A stretch of DNA of 40,704 nt from a virus. Below, piece by piece: positions 19,675 through 30,090 of the stretch (position 1 is the first letter of the stretch; each line of letters opens with the position of its first letter). Location: UHGV virus genome UHGV-0244400. The stretch is one strand, 5' to 3'. The position numbers and the translations under genes are program-made. Under the pieces are notes generated by a model, which worked only from the letters and a program-made list of their open reading frames with translations, searched no databases and was not told the DNA's origin.

Positions 19675-20361
19675 TTAGAAGTTCAGATTTTTCAGTGCAT
19701 TCAGTGCAGAGCCCACATCCTCAGCGTCGCGCAGGGACAGTGCGCCATAGCCCCCGGCCATGAATGCTTTGGCCTGGGTACGGGAGAGTCCGACATCACG
19801 CAGGACTCTTTCGATTTTTTTCTGTTCGGGGATTTCCCCGCGGGCCAGCGCGTTCTTGACGTCGCTGATCCGCGCCTCGTCGTTAGACGGAAACGTCACC
19901 AGACTGACTTCCCAGAGGTCGATTTCTTTCAGCAGAAAGGCTTCTTTCGTCCGGTCGTATTCCCAGTCCTTCAGGACGTACCCAATAGAAAGGCCGGTTA
20001 ACGAACCGGCCTTCATGTGTGCATGTGCGCGTTTTGCCAGGGGATCATCATCAATGAGCAACCGCCCCCTGACGTAAAGCCCGACATCGTCTTCCTTCAT
20101 TTCGGTGTAAACACCGATGGGTTCATCCATGCGGTGCTGCCAGAGCAGCGCAGGTAACGCTTTTCTGTCACTCCACGCCCGCAGGGAAGCAGCAAATGCC
20201 CCGGACATCACCACATCATCGTGGCTGTCCTTTACACCAAAGACGGAGCCATACCCTTCAAACTCACCGGAGTCACTGACAGATTTCAGACTCAGCGGTA
20301 CATCAAGACGTTGTTTCGTCTGCATTGGCGTTATCCTTCTGCTTACCGGCTTTACTGCCAT
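19675..20361 (-). CDS. Prohead maturation protease (HK97 family)
   Basis: 228 aa; position between portal and capsid; true start may be the internal Met 12 codons downstream. Confidence 0.85.
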   Translation of the reverse strand: MAVKPVSRRITPMQTKQRLDVPLSLKSVSDSGEFEGYGSVFGVKDSHDDVVMSGAFAASLRAWSDRKALPALLWQHRMDEPIGVYTEMKEDDVGLYVRGRLLIDDDPLAKRAHAHMKAGSLTGLSIGYVLKDWEYDRTKEAFLLKEIDLWEVSLVTFPSNDEARISDVKNALARGEIPEQKKIERVLRDVGLSRTQAKAFMAGGYGALSLRDAEDVGSALNALKNLNF

Positions 20362-21544
20362 CGGAGGGTTTCGTGGTCATGTTCATCGGTGTGAGATAGA
20401 CATCACCACCGGGACGCGGATTCATATCTTCCAGGTCGCGGCAGTCATTGGGAGAGTAAATTCCCCAGTTGATCCCGGTGGCGTAGGCTTCAAAACGGGA
20501 CTTCATATCCCCGCGCAGTAACGCCCCGGCGTTAAATTTGGCGTAATAAACGCCCTGCTTACTTTTTCGTACCAGTCCGGTGTTGATCCGCTGTTCGATG
20601 CGGGTCAGATACGGCACCAGTGAATAGTTGATAAATCCCAGCCCCAGCTCTTCGATATTGTTGAAGGTGGCGCGATCGGTGTTCTGCACCATGTGCAACG
20701 GCACCCGGAACAGACGACAGATTTCTTCAAGCTGAAACTTGCGGGTTTCCAGGAACTGGCTGTCCTCGGCGTTCAGCGCCATCGACTTCCAGTCCAGCCC
20801 CATCTCAAGGATCATCGGGCGGTGAGCATTGCCAAGCCCGGTGTGACGCTCCTCAAAATCTTTCTTCAGGCGCTCATAAGCCTGATCCGACAGCGTCTGC
20901 TCTGTACGCAACACACCGGACGTCACCGCACCATTGCTGAACAGTCTGGCCCCGTGCTCTTCGGTCGCAGCTGCCAGCGATATTGCCTCGCGGGCATAGG
21001 CGATGGGATTCAGCCCCACCAGACCGTCCAGCGTCAGCGTGCGCACATGCCAGATATCTTCCTGGCTCAGTACATCCGTGGAGCCGTCCGGGAATGTGAC
21101 CTGATAGACCGGCTCCCAGCTACTGTTAAGCTTCGGTACCACACAGCCGGGATCGACGGGCAGCAGTTCAGCCACTTCGCCAAATGCTTTCACTTTGTAG
21201 GCGTAAAAGTTTCCCCGCAGGCACAGACAGGTGACCACCAGCTCCCAGAACTCCTGCGGCGTCATATAGCCATTGGGATGCGTGGAGATCAGCTTATGCA
21301 GACGCTCGCCGGTGGCTCTCTGTTTCAGGCTGCCGTTCAGGTGATACAGATTGCAGGGCAACATCCCGACCGACTCTGCCAGCACCCTGACGCAGGAAAA
21401 AACCGCCGTCAGTCGCATGGCCCGCTGGCTGCTGATCTGCTTTCCGGTATAGGTGTCGTAGGACAACCCGATAGCATCCGCCAGCTCTGCTGGCGTGGTC
21501 ACCGGTGCGTCACTTTTTCGTTGAAATAATCCCGAAAAGAACAC
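20303..21544 (-). CDS. Portal protein (HK97 family)
   Basis: 413 aa; follows terminase large subunit. Confidence 0.9.
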   Translation of the reverse strand: MFFSGLFQRKSDAPVTTPAELADAIGLSYDTYTGKQISSQRAMRLTAVFSCVRVLAESVGMLPCNLYHLNGSLKQRATGERLHKLISTHPNGYMTPQEFWELVVTCLCLRGNFYAYKVKAFGEVAELLPVDPGCVVPKLNSSWEPVYQVTFPDGSTDVLSQEDIWHVRTLTLDGLVGLNPIAYAREAISLAAATEEHGARLFSNGAVTSGVLRTEQTLSDQAYERLKKDFEERHTGLGNAHRPMILEMGLDWKSMALNAEDSQFLETRKFQLEEICRLFRVPLHMVQNTDRATFNNIEELGLGFINYSLVPYLTRIEQRINTGLVRKSKQGVYYAKFNAGALLRGDMKSRFEAYATGINWGIYSPNDCRDLEDMNPRPGGDVYLTPMNMTTKPSDGSKAGKQKDNANADETTS

Positions 21545-21726
21545 TATTTACCTCCGCCGACAGACGACTGTGTACGGTCGAGATATCGCGCCACCAGCCA
21601 CGACCAGAACAGGCACAACGCCCCGGCAACAACAAACCCCGCCGGGGGATAAATCAGCCAGGCACCATACGCCAGCAAAAGCGCCCCCAGCACGCCCACC
21701 AGAGGCGCGAGAATCAGCATGATCAT
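21544..21726 (-). CDS. Small hydrophobic protein (2 predicted TM helices) between terminase and portal
   Basis: 60 aa, almost entirely hydrophobic; start overlaps portal-side junction. Confidence 0.4.
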
Positions 21727-21737
21727 AATTACCTCAG

Positions 21738-23471
21738 TTAAAGCGAGCGGATCCCATAGGACTCAATGTGGTCAGACAGCGTGTCTTCTTTCTCGTACAG
21801 CATGGCTCTGCCAACCGCCATAATCAGCGCAACTGCACCGTCAATTTTGTTTTCCGCCTGCTCTTTGACGGGTTTCACCACATCATCGTTACCCGGAATG
21901 GTTTTGCCGACCACATTGCCGATACACCAGGTCATGATGGGATTGCCATCATGATGAAAGCGCCCCGATTCAATTGCCGCTTCCAGCTCTTTCATCGGGT
22001 CGGACATGTTGGTGTAGTTCTGAATGATAGTGACGGGATTCAGGTCTTCATCAGCAAGGTCATGTGACAACCCGGTCGCCCCGAAGGGGTCGATGGGTGA
22101 CTCACTGACCGGGCTGATTTTGTTCGCCGCTTTGGCCTCCTCGAGGATGTAGCGATAATCCACTTCCGCACCATCGGTAACGGTCAGAACGCCCATTTCC
22201 ACCCATTTCTGAAAGCGTTCGGCTGTCCGGCGATCTTCATTTTTCTCGACGCTGTACACCGTGTCATACGGTACCCAGAAGCGCGGAGCCACACTGTAGT
22301 AATGCGTTTTACCGTCAATCTCGCGGGTATAAAGTCGCGCCATGCTGTTCATATCCAGTTTACGCGCCAGGTCAAAGGCCAGAATGCACGGCTGCCCCTC
22401 GAATTGCTCAAGAGTCAGTGATTTATCCTCGCAGCTCTGCCAGCTCACCAGGTTGAAATACGCCGAACGCGCCGACACCCAGATATTGAGGTGTTTTGTT
22501 TTAAAGACGTTTGCCAGACGGGCGTTATTTTTCGCACGCTGTTGCTGACTTAACAAAAACTCACGGTAAACCGACACCCCGATATTCGGGTTGGCTTTTT
22601 CCAGCACCTGTGGGTTGGTCCAGTCGTCACCTTCGTCAACGGTATAGATGATCCCGAACAGTTCATCGTTGGGTACCGAACCGTTGAGCATCTCGATAAC
22701 TTCCCGCCGTTTGTCGTAGCACGGCCCCTCAATGTTGTACCCGGCAGTAGTAATGGCCCACATCAGTGGCTGACGTCGCGCCCCCATCCCGGTAAGCATC
22801 GTGGTGTAAAGCGCATCGGTGGCGTGCTCGTGATATTCATCCACCACCGCACAGTGGGGTGATGATCCATCACCGGGGTTACCGATCAGCGGTTCAAACC
22901 GCGCGCCATCCTCCGGACGGTTCATGTTTGAGGCGTTAACCTCAATCCCGAACGCTTCCGTCAGCATGGGTGTGCGTTTACACATCAGTCGCGCCGGGCG
23001 AAAGACTTCCCACGCCTGTTTCTCTGTCGTGGCACCGGAATACACTTCCGCGCCAAACTCGTTATCACAGGCAAAACAATACAGGGCGACACCGGCAGAG
23101 ATTGCCGATTTGCCGTTCTTACGGGGGATTTCGGTATACACCTCACGGAAGCGGCGCAGCCGGGAGCCTTTATTGACCCAGCCAAACGCGCAGCAGATCA
23201 CAAAGAGCTGCCACGGCTCCAGCGTGATGGGCATCCTCTTAAATGCCCACTCACCCTTGGTGTGCGGCAACAGCTGAATAAATTTGGCGGCCCGTTCAGC
23301 CAGGTCCTTGTCGAAGCGGTAACGAAACGACTTACTTTTTTCCGCCATCAGGTCATCAAGATGGCGCTGGCAGGCCTGAATCACAAACTGGCAGGCCACA
23401 ATCTTTCCCCGCACGACATCACGGGCATACTGATTGGCAGCATTTACGTTGGGGTAAGATTTCCGGCTCAT
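21738..23471 (-). CDS. Terminase large subunit
   Basis: 577 aa; ATPase-like N-terminal and nuclease-like C-terminal halves; follows small subunit with 4-nt overlap. Confidence 0.9.
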
Positions 23472-23962
23472 GATTCGATGATTTTCAGAAACGGGTTAGT
23501 GGCTTTCTTCTGCCCCGCCAGGCCTATCAGACGCTGGCGACTGCTGGGGTCGAGTCCGAGCATTGCCCCCGTGCTGCTCATCTCGGACTCCTGTTCTTTC
23601 TTGGCGGTCAGCTCCGGGTTTTTGACCCTGCCGCCCATTGCACCGGTGATGGTGTTGCCCTGGCTGGCAATATTTTTCACGGCACGTCGCCAGAACTCAT
23701 AGGCCACGCACCACCGCTCAAGTACCGCCAGGTCAGTCACGCACAGCAGGCCCTGACCGCAGAGTTCTTTGGTTGTCAGTTGCCACATGATCGTGGCGAG
23801 AGGGAGATCTTCTTCTGCGAACCACTCCGGTGGCTCAACACCTTTGATGGGCGTAAAAACAGGTTCATCTTTGTTCAGGGCTCGCTTGCCGGGGTTTCCG
23901 GCCAGCGCCTTGCGCGCCGTTGGCTTGGGGCGACGCCCGGAACGCCCCGCCGTTCCAGCCAT
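23468..23962 (-). CDS. Terminase small subunit (P27 family)
   Basis: N-terminal [27 protein letters not shown] motif typical of P27-family small terminases; start set to first ATG. Confidence 0.8.
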   Translation of the reverse strand: MAGTAGRSGRRPKPTARKALAGNPGKRALNKDEPVFTPIKGVEPPEWFAEEDLPLATIMWQLTTKELCGQGLLCVTDLAVLERWCVAYEFWRRAVKNIASQGNTITGAMGGRVKNPELTAKKEQESEMSSTGAMLGLDPSSRQRLIGLAGQKKATNPFLKIIES

Positions 23963-24087
23963 ATGCGGCACTCCTGGTTAAATTTCATTTTTCGCGGGTA
24001 TAAAAAAACGATGGGGCGGGCAGTCCGGAAGACGTCAGGTCACAGGGATTTGACCCGCCCCTCCCCTCTGGCAGTGGGAACTGGTTC

Positions 24088-24438
24088 TCACCTCAGCCGT
24101 TCACGGGCCGTCTTCGCCTTATGACACGGCCAGCACAGGCTCTGCAGATTACTGTCGGCATCTGTGCCGCCATGCGCTTTAGGGATGATGTGGTCAACGG
24201 TTTTCGCCTCACGCACCACACCAGCACGCAGACATAACTGACACAGGCCTTTGTCACGCTTCAGCACACGTTCACGGATAGCATCCCATTTCGAACCATA
24301 ACCGCGCTGATGACGGGATTGTCCTGGCTTGTATTGCTTCCAGCCCTCGCTTTTGTGGCTTTCGCAATAGCCTGACGGGTCAGTTGTGGTATGGCGGCAG
24401 CCGCGAACACGGCAGGCTTTTGGGGTTCGTAGGGGCAT
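24088..24438 (-). CDS. HNH endonuclease (terminase-associated)
   Basis: 116 aa; Cys-rich with H-N-H signature (DHIIPKAHGG..N..SLCWPCH); immediately upstream of terminase genes as in HK97-like cos phages. Confidence 0.85.
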   Translation of the reverse strand: MPLRTPKACRVRGCRHTTTDPSGYCESHKSEGWKQYKPGQSRHQRGYGSKWDAIRERVLKRDKGLCQLCLRAGVVREAKTVDHIIPKAHGGTDADSNLQSLCWPCHKAKTARERLR

Positions 24439-24717
24439 TATTTATCTCTCAAACTAATGCAACATTTCATCAACAATTCATGATGAAGATCACATATGCA
24501 ATAATTAGGTTATTGCATTGCACTTAAGATTAAGCGACCTTTGATTGGACATCATTTTTTGGAAAACATCTCAAAAATTGTGCGGTTAGTAATATTGATT
24601 TTATGCTTCTCTTAAACAACCGCTTACATGGTATTGATACCAAAGTAGCATTCTCGCCAAGCATCTCTCGCTGGTTGATGAATGCCTTTTCCCTTACTTT
24701 TTAGATGAGATATATAC

Positions 24718-24900
24718 ATGTCTGTACGTTTTTCTGACGGAACTGTTGTTCAACTTAAATCTGGCAGCCCTCTTATGACTGTTAGTCATTTTGATGATGA
24801 ACGAGAACAGTACCTCTGTGAATGGTTTAATAAAGAAAACGTTGAGCGAACATACTTCAGCGGAGCCTCTTTAAAAGAATATCGAGACGAACAGTATTAA
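24718..24900 (+). CDS. Small DUF2158 (YodC-like) protein, opposite-strand moron at the bor-equivalent position
   Basis: 60 aa with LKSGSPLMTV motif; lone + strand gene between lysis and packaging modules; AT-rich upstream region and own terminator. Confidence 0.6.
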   Translation: MSVRFSDGTVVQLKSGSPLMTVSHFDDEREQYLCEWFNKENVERTYFSGASLKEYRDEQY

Positions 24901-24908
24901 TGTGAATT

Positions 24909-24940
24909 GGCGTTTGGTATATGCCAAACGCTATTATTTA
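24909..24940 (+). terminator. Rho-independent terminator after the DUF2158 gene
   Basis: Hairpin gcgtttgg..ccaaacgc followed by T-rich run directly after the stop codon. Confidence 0.5.
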
Positions 24941-25012
24941 TCTGACGTTATTCTATTTTCCCTGTATTCACTTTCTAACTAATACTGCATTTAATCAGCG
25001 AATATAATAGCC

Positions 25013-25267
25013 TCATTTCATCCTCTGCTTCTCAATTCGGCGAATGTCGACTTTATCCCGATTACATTGCCCTAACGCTGACAACAGATTAACATTCAAC
25101 TCTAGGCTGGCACCATACGTCAGGGGCTCTGGTATGAGCGGCACAGGTGATTCAGAAGTCAGACTAGTTGGTAGTGGTGTAACCGGAGTGCTCACGTAAA
25201 CTGTCCGCGTATTTCCGCAACCGGTCAGCAGCGGCAGCAGGCACAGGACGTGAAGCACAATCATCAT
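25013..25267 (-). CDS. Rz1: Rz1-like outer-membrane spanin lipoprotein (embedded in Rz, +1 frame)
   Basis: Internal start MMIVLHVLCLLPLLTGC with lipobox LLTGC followed by Pro-rich mature region; start derived by frame arithmetic from track ORF 25013..25492. Confidence 0.7.
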   Translation of the reverse strand: MMIVLHVLCLLPLLTGCGNTRTVYVSTPVTPLPTSLTSESPVPLIPEPLTYGASLELNVNLLSALGQCNRDKVDIRRIEKQRMK

Positions 25268-25541
25268 CCGCAACAGCCATTTTGATATCTTCCTGGGTTC
25301 TCTGTGACTCCAGTGCGATCTGCTGTTTTGCATGCTGGTTAGCCTCCAGTACTGTATTGACGATTTGCATTGATTGCAGGACGTTATTGGTAATGGCAGT
25401 TGCTGATTCAGCATTTCGTACAGCCTCATCAGCACGTTTCTTTTCGTGCTGATATTTGCTGTAGTAGTCGGCTGACCAGATGAACAAACCAATGACAGTA
25501 ACGAAGAAAGCAGAGATAACCAGCTTATAACTCAACTTCAT
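25164..25541 (-). CDS. Rz: Rz-like inner-membrane spanin
   Basis: 125 aa; N-terminal TM anchor then coiled-coil; overlaps endolysin stop; contains the Rz1 frame. Confidence 0.85.
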   Translation of the reverse strand: MKLSYKLVISAFFVTVIGLFIWSADYYSKYQHEKKRADEAVRNAESATAITNNVLQSMQIVNTVLEANQHAKQQIALESQRTQEDIKMAVADDDCASRPVPAAAADRLRKYADSLREHSGYTTTN

Positions 25542-26001
25542 TTACCACCCCACCAGCCTCTTTAAATCGAGCAATCAGGTCACCGATTTTATGTTCATAC
25601 TGACCGTAACCTGAACCGGGTAACGACGCCCAGATATTGCTGCAACGATCGATAGCCTGACGGATATCACCGCGATCAATCATCGGTAAAGCGCCACGCT
25701 CTTTAATCTGCTGTAATGCCACTGAATCCTGGCTTCTGGGCGAGAAGTCTTTCAGCCCAAGCTGCTTACGGTAAGCATCCCACCAGCGTGAAAGAAGCTG
25801 GTAACGTCCGGCGGCTGTTGACTTGAGTTTCGGGTTTAGCGTGACAAGTTTGCGAGGGTGATCGGAGTAATCAGTGAATAGCTCTCCGCCTACAATGACG
25901 TCATAACCATGATTTCTGGTTTTCTGACGTCCGTTATCAGTTCCCTCCGACCACGCCAGCATATCGAGGAACGCCTTACGTTGATTATTGATTTCTACCA
26001 T
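25525..26001 (-). CDS. R: Endolysin R (lambda-type lytic transglycosylase)
   Basis: 158 aa; near residue-for-residue match to my recollection of lambda R ([24 protein letters not shown]..). Confidence 0.95.
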   Translation of the reverse strand: MVEINNQRKAFLDMLAWSEGTDNGRQKTRNHGYDVIVGGELFTDYSDHPRKLVTLNPKLKSTAAGRYQLLSRWWDAYRKQLGLKDFSPRSQDSVALQQIKERGALPMIDRGDIRQAIDRCSNIWASLPGSGYGQYEHKIGDLIARFKEAGGVVNEVEL

Positions 26002-26308
26002 CTTCTACTCCGGCTTTTTTAGCAGCGAAGCGTTTGATAAGCGAACCAATCGAGTCAGTACCGATGTAGCCGATGAACACGCTCGTTATATAAGCGAGAT
26101 TGCTACTTAGTCCGGCGAAGTCGAGAAGGTCACGAATGAACCAGGCGATAATGGCGCACATCGTTGCGTCGATTACTGTTTTTGTAAACGCACCGCCATT
26201 ATATCTGCCGCGAAGGTACGCCATTGCAAACGCAAGGATTGCCCCGATGCCTTGTTCCTTTGCCGCGAGAATGGCGGCCAACAGGTCATGTTTTTCTGGC
26301 ATCTTCAT
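25985..26308 (-). CDS. S: Holin S (lambda class I holin with dual-start motif)
   Basis: 107 aa beginning [34 protein letters not shown] as in lambda S107/S105. Confidence 0.9.
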   Translation of the reverse strand: MKMPEKHDLLAAILAAKEQGIGAILAFAMAYLRGRYNGGAFTKTVIDATMCAIIAWFIRDLLDFAGLSSNLAYITSVFIGYIGTDSIGSLIKRFAAKKAGVEDGRNQ

Positions 26309-26550
26309 GTCTTACCCCCAATAAGGGGATTTGCTCTATTTAATTAGGAATAAGGTCGATTACTGATAGAACAAATCCAGGCTACTGTGTTTAGTAATCA
26401 GATTTGTTCGTGACCGATATGCACGGGCAAAACGGCAGGATGTTGTTAGCGCGACCTCCTGCCACCCGCTTTCACGAAGGTCATGTGTAGAAGGCCGCAG
26501 CGTAACTATCACTGATGAATTCAGGATAGCCAGTGGCTACGGCTCAGTTA

Positions 26551-26626
26551 TGGTGCTGTTTAACGGACTTGAACCGCTACCCATTCGCTTACAAGGCGAC
26601 CGCTCTACCATTGGAGCTAAAACAGC
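26551..26626 (-). tRNA. Phage-encoded tRNA-like gene, predicted tRNA-Thr (anticodon UGU)
   Basis: 76 nt; perfect 7-bp acceptor and 4-bp D stems, T-loop TTCAAGT, anticodon loop CUUGUAA, ends ACCA; one mismatch in anticodon stem; lies between Q and S where lambdoid phages often carry tRNAs. Confidence 0.55.
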
Positions 26627-26631
26627 ATGTT

Positions 26632-26706
26632 TGGCGGGACAGCGTGGACTCGAACCACGATAAGAAGGTTAACAGCCTTCCGTAATCACCTTTATACGAC
26701 TGACCC
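26632..26706 (-). tRNA. Phage-encoded tRNA-like gene, predicted tRNA-Asn (anticodon GUU)
   Basis: 75 nt; anticodon stem-loop GAAGG-CUGUUAA-CCUUC and T arm CGTGG-TTCGAGT-CCACG perfect, ends GCCA; one mismatch each in acceptor and D stems, so possibly a pseudo-tRNA. Confidence 0.5.
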
Positions 26707-26769
26707 AAATAAAAAAAGCCACCGTTGCAACTTAAGAGTCACTAACGGCAGCTTACCTTCTAATTATGG

Positions 26770-27288
26770 CTAAATGGATAATTGCATGTCAAGGCTTTTA
26801 ACAGCAACATGCTTAACTTTCTCAACACGTTTACGCATTTTGAAAGCATTTTGCATTGGCTGGTACAAAACAAATAACGATGCTTTCAGGATGTCGTCAA
26901 TTTCGTTTCTACAGGTTGCCAGTGAAGGTTTTCTCCATCCCTCGCCACCACGTCCACACATCTTGCGTGGCTTTGCAGTCGCGTGATAGTAGGATGCAAT
27001 TGCTCGCTTAGATGAACCATGAGCGTAGTAGCTGAGGAGGATGCCAAAGGCTTTCTTGTCAATGCACATGACGGAATCGACGACCTGAGAAATCAACATT
27101 CCATCATCATCATTGCACATTGGCCTTGTCATAACTCTTCCCGGCTCTACGCTCTCCATGAACTTCGCTATTACGCTGCTCATGCGCTTTTCCAGACGAC
27201 CTGAATAAACCCATGCGCCCCACAGTTCAAGCCAGCCATTCAGCCACTCATGCTGTTCTTTGGTGAGGTTTAGTTCTCTTATGCCCAC
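26770..27288 (-). CDS. Late-gene antiterminator Q (non-lambda Q type)
   Basis: 172 aa; Cys-containing; directly upstream of tRNAs and lysis cassette and downstream of nin phosphatase; track ORF begins with GTG. Confidence 0.7.
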   Translation of the reverse strand: MGIRELNLTKEQHEWLNGWLELWGAWVYSGRLEKRMSSVIAKFMESVEPGRVMTRPMCNDDDGMLISQVVDSVMCIDKKAFGILLSYYAHGSSKRAIASYYHATAKPRKMCGRGGEGWRKPSLATCRNEIDDILKASLFVLYQPMQNAFKMRKRVEKVKHVAVKSLDMQLSI

Positions 27289-27950
27289 GCGCCTTCTCCC
27301 TGTACCTGAATCAATGTGAGGTTTCCGCAGAACACTGCGCCGGTATCGATATACATTTGGTTGGCAAATTTAAGTGGTTTCACTGCTGGCGTATGACCAA
27401 AGATAAACGTGTCCGCGCCTTTAATTTCTTTCACGATCCCGTCTTGTGAGTTGCTGATTCGTTCGCGGTTCCAGATTACCTGCTGATGATCAACTGGCTT
27501 TCCAAATTCGTATTCGTCACAAGGATAATCGGCGTGGCAGATGACATATTTTTTACCTTTGCTCACCAGTTCGATGATTAACGGAAGTTCTTCTGCTTTA
27601 TGGGCAAGAGCTTTAGCCAGAATTTCTTTGTCGTAATCGAGATTAAAGAACCAGACACCGCCATTAAGCAGCCAGTGATTGACGTTTCCACGCTCTGATA
27701 AGCCATCAATCATCATGTGCTCATGGTTTCCACGTACAGCTCTGAACCAGGGGAATGTGATTAATTCCAGGCATTCAACGTTCTCTGCACCACGATCAAC
27801 CAAATCGCCCACCGAGATAAGCAGGTCTTTTTTGTTGTCGAATCCAATCGTATCCAGTTTGTTCATAAGGTTCGTGTAGCATCCGTGCAGGTCGCCAGCT
27901 ACCCAAATATTTCGGTATTTGCTGCCATCAATTCTTTCGTAGATATTCAT
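27279..27950 (-). CDS. Ser/Thr protein phosphatase (lambda NinI/ORF221-like metallophosphatase)
   Basis: 223 aa with GDLHG, GDLVDRG and GNHE metallophosphatase motifs. Confidence 0.9.
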   Translation of the reverse strand: MNIYERIDGSKYRNIWVAGDLHGCYTNLMNKLDTIGFDNKKDLLISVGDLVDRGAENVECLELITFPWFRAVRGNHEHMMIDGLSERGNVNHWLLNGGVWFFNLDYDKEILAKALAHKAEELPLIIELVSKGKKYVICHADYPCDEYEFGKPVDHQQVIWNRERISNSQDGIVKEIKGADTFIFGHTPAVKPLKFANQMYIDTGAVFCGNLTLIQVQGEGAWA

Positions 27951-28558
27951 GCAGCCTCACTTCTGCTGTTTCGCAGTTTTTTAAGTTTCTGTTGATACTC
28001 CGCCTTGATGGTCCTGCACTCTTCGACAGTCCAGCGATGGCGGTTATGGTTTGATTCGATTTCGTCTACTGCTTCCTGCCCGATGCGGTTAATCAGTTCG
28101 ACGCGATACGGAACGAGATTTCCGCTTTTGTGCTGGTTGCACACCACGCATTGCTTGTGAATATTGCGTTCATCAAATCGGAGTTGAGGCGCCGCAGCAG
28201 TTGTCCGGTAATGCCCGGCATCCCACTGAGCAGACGTGAGCGTTCCGCACGAGATACATGGTAAGTCGCGGTCTCTTTCTCTGATGAAGGCGTTTACGGC
28301 TTGTTGGGCTTGTTTAATCCAGTAACTGCGGGGCTTTAAGGCGAGTTTTCGAATCTTAAGTTTATCTTTCTGTTTCTGATCCTCTCGTCGTCGTTTCTTC
28401 TCTGCTGCTTTTTCCGCTTTTTCGCGTTCTTTACTTCGTCGTTCGAGTGCTATCTTGGTTCCACACTCTGGAGAGCACCACCACTGATTAGCGAATGCAG
28501 GGTGAAACCATTCCCGACATTCATCGTTTTTACATCGTCTTCGCGCTGGTTTAGCCAT
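27947..28558 (-). CDS. ninG: NinG (Rap) recombination protein
   Basis: 203 aa; Cys-rich N-terminus [18 protein letters not shown] as in lambda NinG. Confidence 0.9.
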   Translation of the reverse strand: MAKPARRRCKNDECREWFHPAFANQWWCSPECGTKIALERRSKEREKAEKAAEKKRRREDQKQKDKLKIRKLALKPRSYWIKQAQQAVNAFIRERDRDLPCISCGTLTSAQWDAGHYRTTAAAPQLRFDERNIHKQCVVCNQHKSGNLVPYRVELINRIGQEAVDEIESNHNRHRWTVEECRTIKAEYQQKLKKLRNSRSEAA

Positions 28559-28721
28559 CGTCTTCTTCCTCGTACATTGAGCTATTCGGATCGCTCATCA
28601 GTTCTGCGCAGCAGTGCTCACACACGTGAACTTCCAGCACATGCAGCTTCTGACCGCAGTTAGCGCACGTTAAAGCCCGCTCGACGCTTTCTTGTTCGTA
28701 ACTTCGATTTTGGTCAATCAC
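28551..28721 (-). CDS. ninF: NinF-like small protein (56 aa, GTG start)
   Basis: Translation [38 protein letters not shown].. matches lambda NinF as I recall; GTGA overlap with ninE stop and ATG..TAA overlap with ninG start; below track cut-off. Confidence 0.6.
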   Translation of the reverse strand: MIDQNRSYEQESVERALTCANCGQKLHVLEVHVCEHCCAELMSDPNSSMYEEEDDG

Positions 28722-28900
28722 CTTGTTTTCCTCGCACGTTCTCTAAGCCACCGGATATCCCACAGGTGAGCCGTGTAGTTGAAGGTTTTTACGTCAGATT
28801 CTTTTGGGATTGGCTTGCGTTTATTTCTGGAGCGTTTCGTTGGAAGGTATTTGCAGTTTTCGCAGATGATGTCGGTGATACTTCGTCGCTGTCGCCTCAT
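28718..28900 (-). CDS. ninE: NinE-like protein
   Basis: 60 aa [33 protein letters not shown].. matches lambda NinE as I recall. Confidence 0.8.
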   Translation of the reverse strand: MRRQRRSITDIICENCKYLPTKRSRNKRKPIPKESDVKTFNYTAHLWDIRWLRERARKTR

Positions 28901-29307
28901 TCATACCTCCTGTCGGTAAATCTGACACCCTGACCAATAGCCCAGGCTGTTGTGTACTCGATAAGACTTGCCATACGCTTCACACTCATCTGCGCGCTGC
29001 TTTCGCGAATGTTGACGTATTCGCCTTCAAGCCCGGGCAAAACATCAGCTTCCTGCTTTGTTGCCACTGCATGACCGCTGATCAACAAAACCTTCCATTG
29101 TTCTGGTTTTAACCATTTATCGCGCCACTGAACTTGCCTAGCGATATCTGCGACCATCGCGTGAAATTTTGCGTTCTGGTCAAGGTTGCGCTTGTAGTCA
29201 GTAATGCGGATGGTGACTGGCTTGTCTTTATCGAGTGGTGTTGCGAGGATGGCATTTATTGCGGCTTGCTGTTGTTGCTTAGTTCGGAGGAAGATTGTTT
29301 GCTTCAC
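28897..29307 (-). CDS. ninB: NinB-like recombination protein
   Basis: 136 aa; conserved NinB-like core (..SLDQN.K....DI.RQV.W....L..E.WK..). Confidence 0.75.
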   Translation of the reverse strand: MKQTIFLRTKQQQQAAINAILATPLDKDKPVTIRITDYKRNLDQNAKFHAMVADIARQVQWRDKWLKPEQWKVLLISGHAVATKQEADVLPGLEGEYVNIRESSAQMSVKRMASLIEYTTAWAIGQGVRFTDRRYE

Positions 29308-29318
29308 TGAATACTCCT

Positions 29319-29510
29319 TTATTTTTTATGCCTGTAACCCCATTCTTCCAGCAACCTTGCGGCGTACCACCCAAGAAACAAAGGAAAGAACATTACAATG
29401 AGATATTCCCCGCCACGGTCAATGTTCGAAATTGACCAGATTACGATGTAACCAGTGCAGGACAGGAATATTACAAACCCCAAAAAGCTACTTCGTCGAC
29501 TCATGCTCAC
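29319..29510 (-). CDS. Small membrane protein (2 TM), nin region
   Basis: 63 aa hydrophobic ORF; tightly packed between nin genes. Confidence 0.45.
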   Translation of the reverse strand: MSMSRRSSFLGFVIFLSCTGYIVIWSISNIDRGGEYLIVMFFPLFLGWYAARLLEEWGYRHKK

Positions 29511-29791
29511 TCCTTCACTTTGATTCCAGCGGCGCGGATGGATTCATCGATATCGTCACGGTCGTACACAGCAATAGCATCACTGACAAACCATACAGGC
29601 AACTCAATTTCAATAGCTGCTCGCGATGCCTGCCACGTTTGCCAGTGGCCTTGAACATCGTCCATCACGTATTGACCACCAATATCACCACTGCCAATTT
29701 CATGGTGATTTTCAGGGTAACGGATAAGGTCTGATGATTCGCCTCCACGTCGCAACCAACTTTCTTCAAACTGCTTTCTTGATTCGTCCAT
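29507..29791 (-). CDS. Hypothetical protein, nin region
   Basis: 94 aa acidic ORF with 4-nt overlap to the downstream gene. Confidence 0.5.
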   Translation of the reverse strand: MDESRKQFEESWLRRGGESSDLIRYPENHHEIGSGDIGGQYVMDDVQGHWQTWQASRAAIEIELPVWFVSDAIAVYDRDDIDESIRAAGIKVKE

Positions 29792-29808
29792 CGATACTTA
29801 CCCTCAGT

Positions 29809-30015
29809 TCAACTCACAAAACGCCACGCCATTTTGGCTACAGCGACAGGCATAACACCGATAATCACCCAGACAAATGCAGCGCCAAACAACGTATACC
29901 ATGGTTCTTTACCGTCATTCACAAGACGAATGTAGCTATGCAGAACAATAAAAAACGTCAGAAGAATCCATCCAACGCCAACGAATTTGAGTGCGACGAG
30001 CATAAACTCAACCAC
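29809..30015 (-). CDS. Small membrane protein (2 TM), nin region
   Basis: 68 aa hydrophobic ORF. Confidence 0.45.
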   Translation of the reverse strand: MVEFMLVALKFVGVGWILLTFFIVLHSYIRLVNDGKEPWYTLFGAAFVWVIIGVMPVAVAKMAWRFVS

Positions 30016-30090
30016 GATTTACTCTCCCCCAAATAAAAAGGCCTGCGATTACCAGCAGGCCTGTTATTAGCTCAGTGATGTAGATGGTCA

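Noticed and set aside
24439-24717. Search for the cos site and the late promoter/qut in the non-coding gaps (24439..24717 and 26309..26769)
   Set aside because: I could not identify sequences that I can confidently match to known cos or qut elements for this packaging/Q type; not annotated rather than guessed.
26470-26550. Third tRNA-like fragment downstream of the two predicted tRNAs
   Set aside because: A 7-bp acceptor-like pairing (GCCGTAG / CTGCGGC) is present but the intervening sequence is only about 37 nt and does not form D, anticodon and T arms; probably a remnant or an unrelated hairpin.
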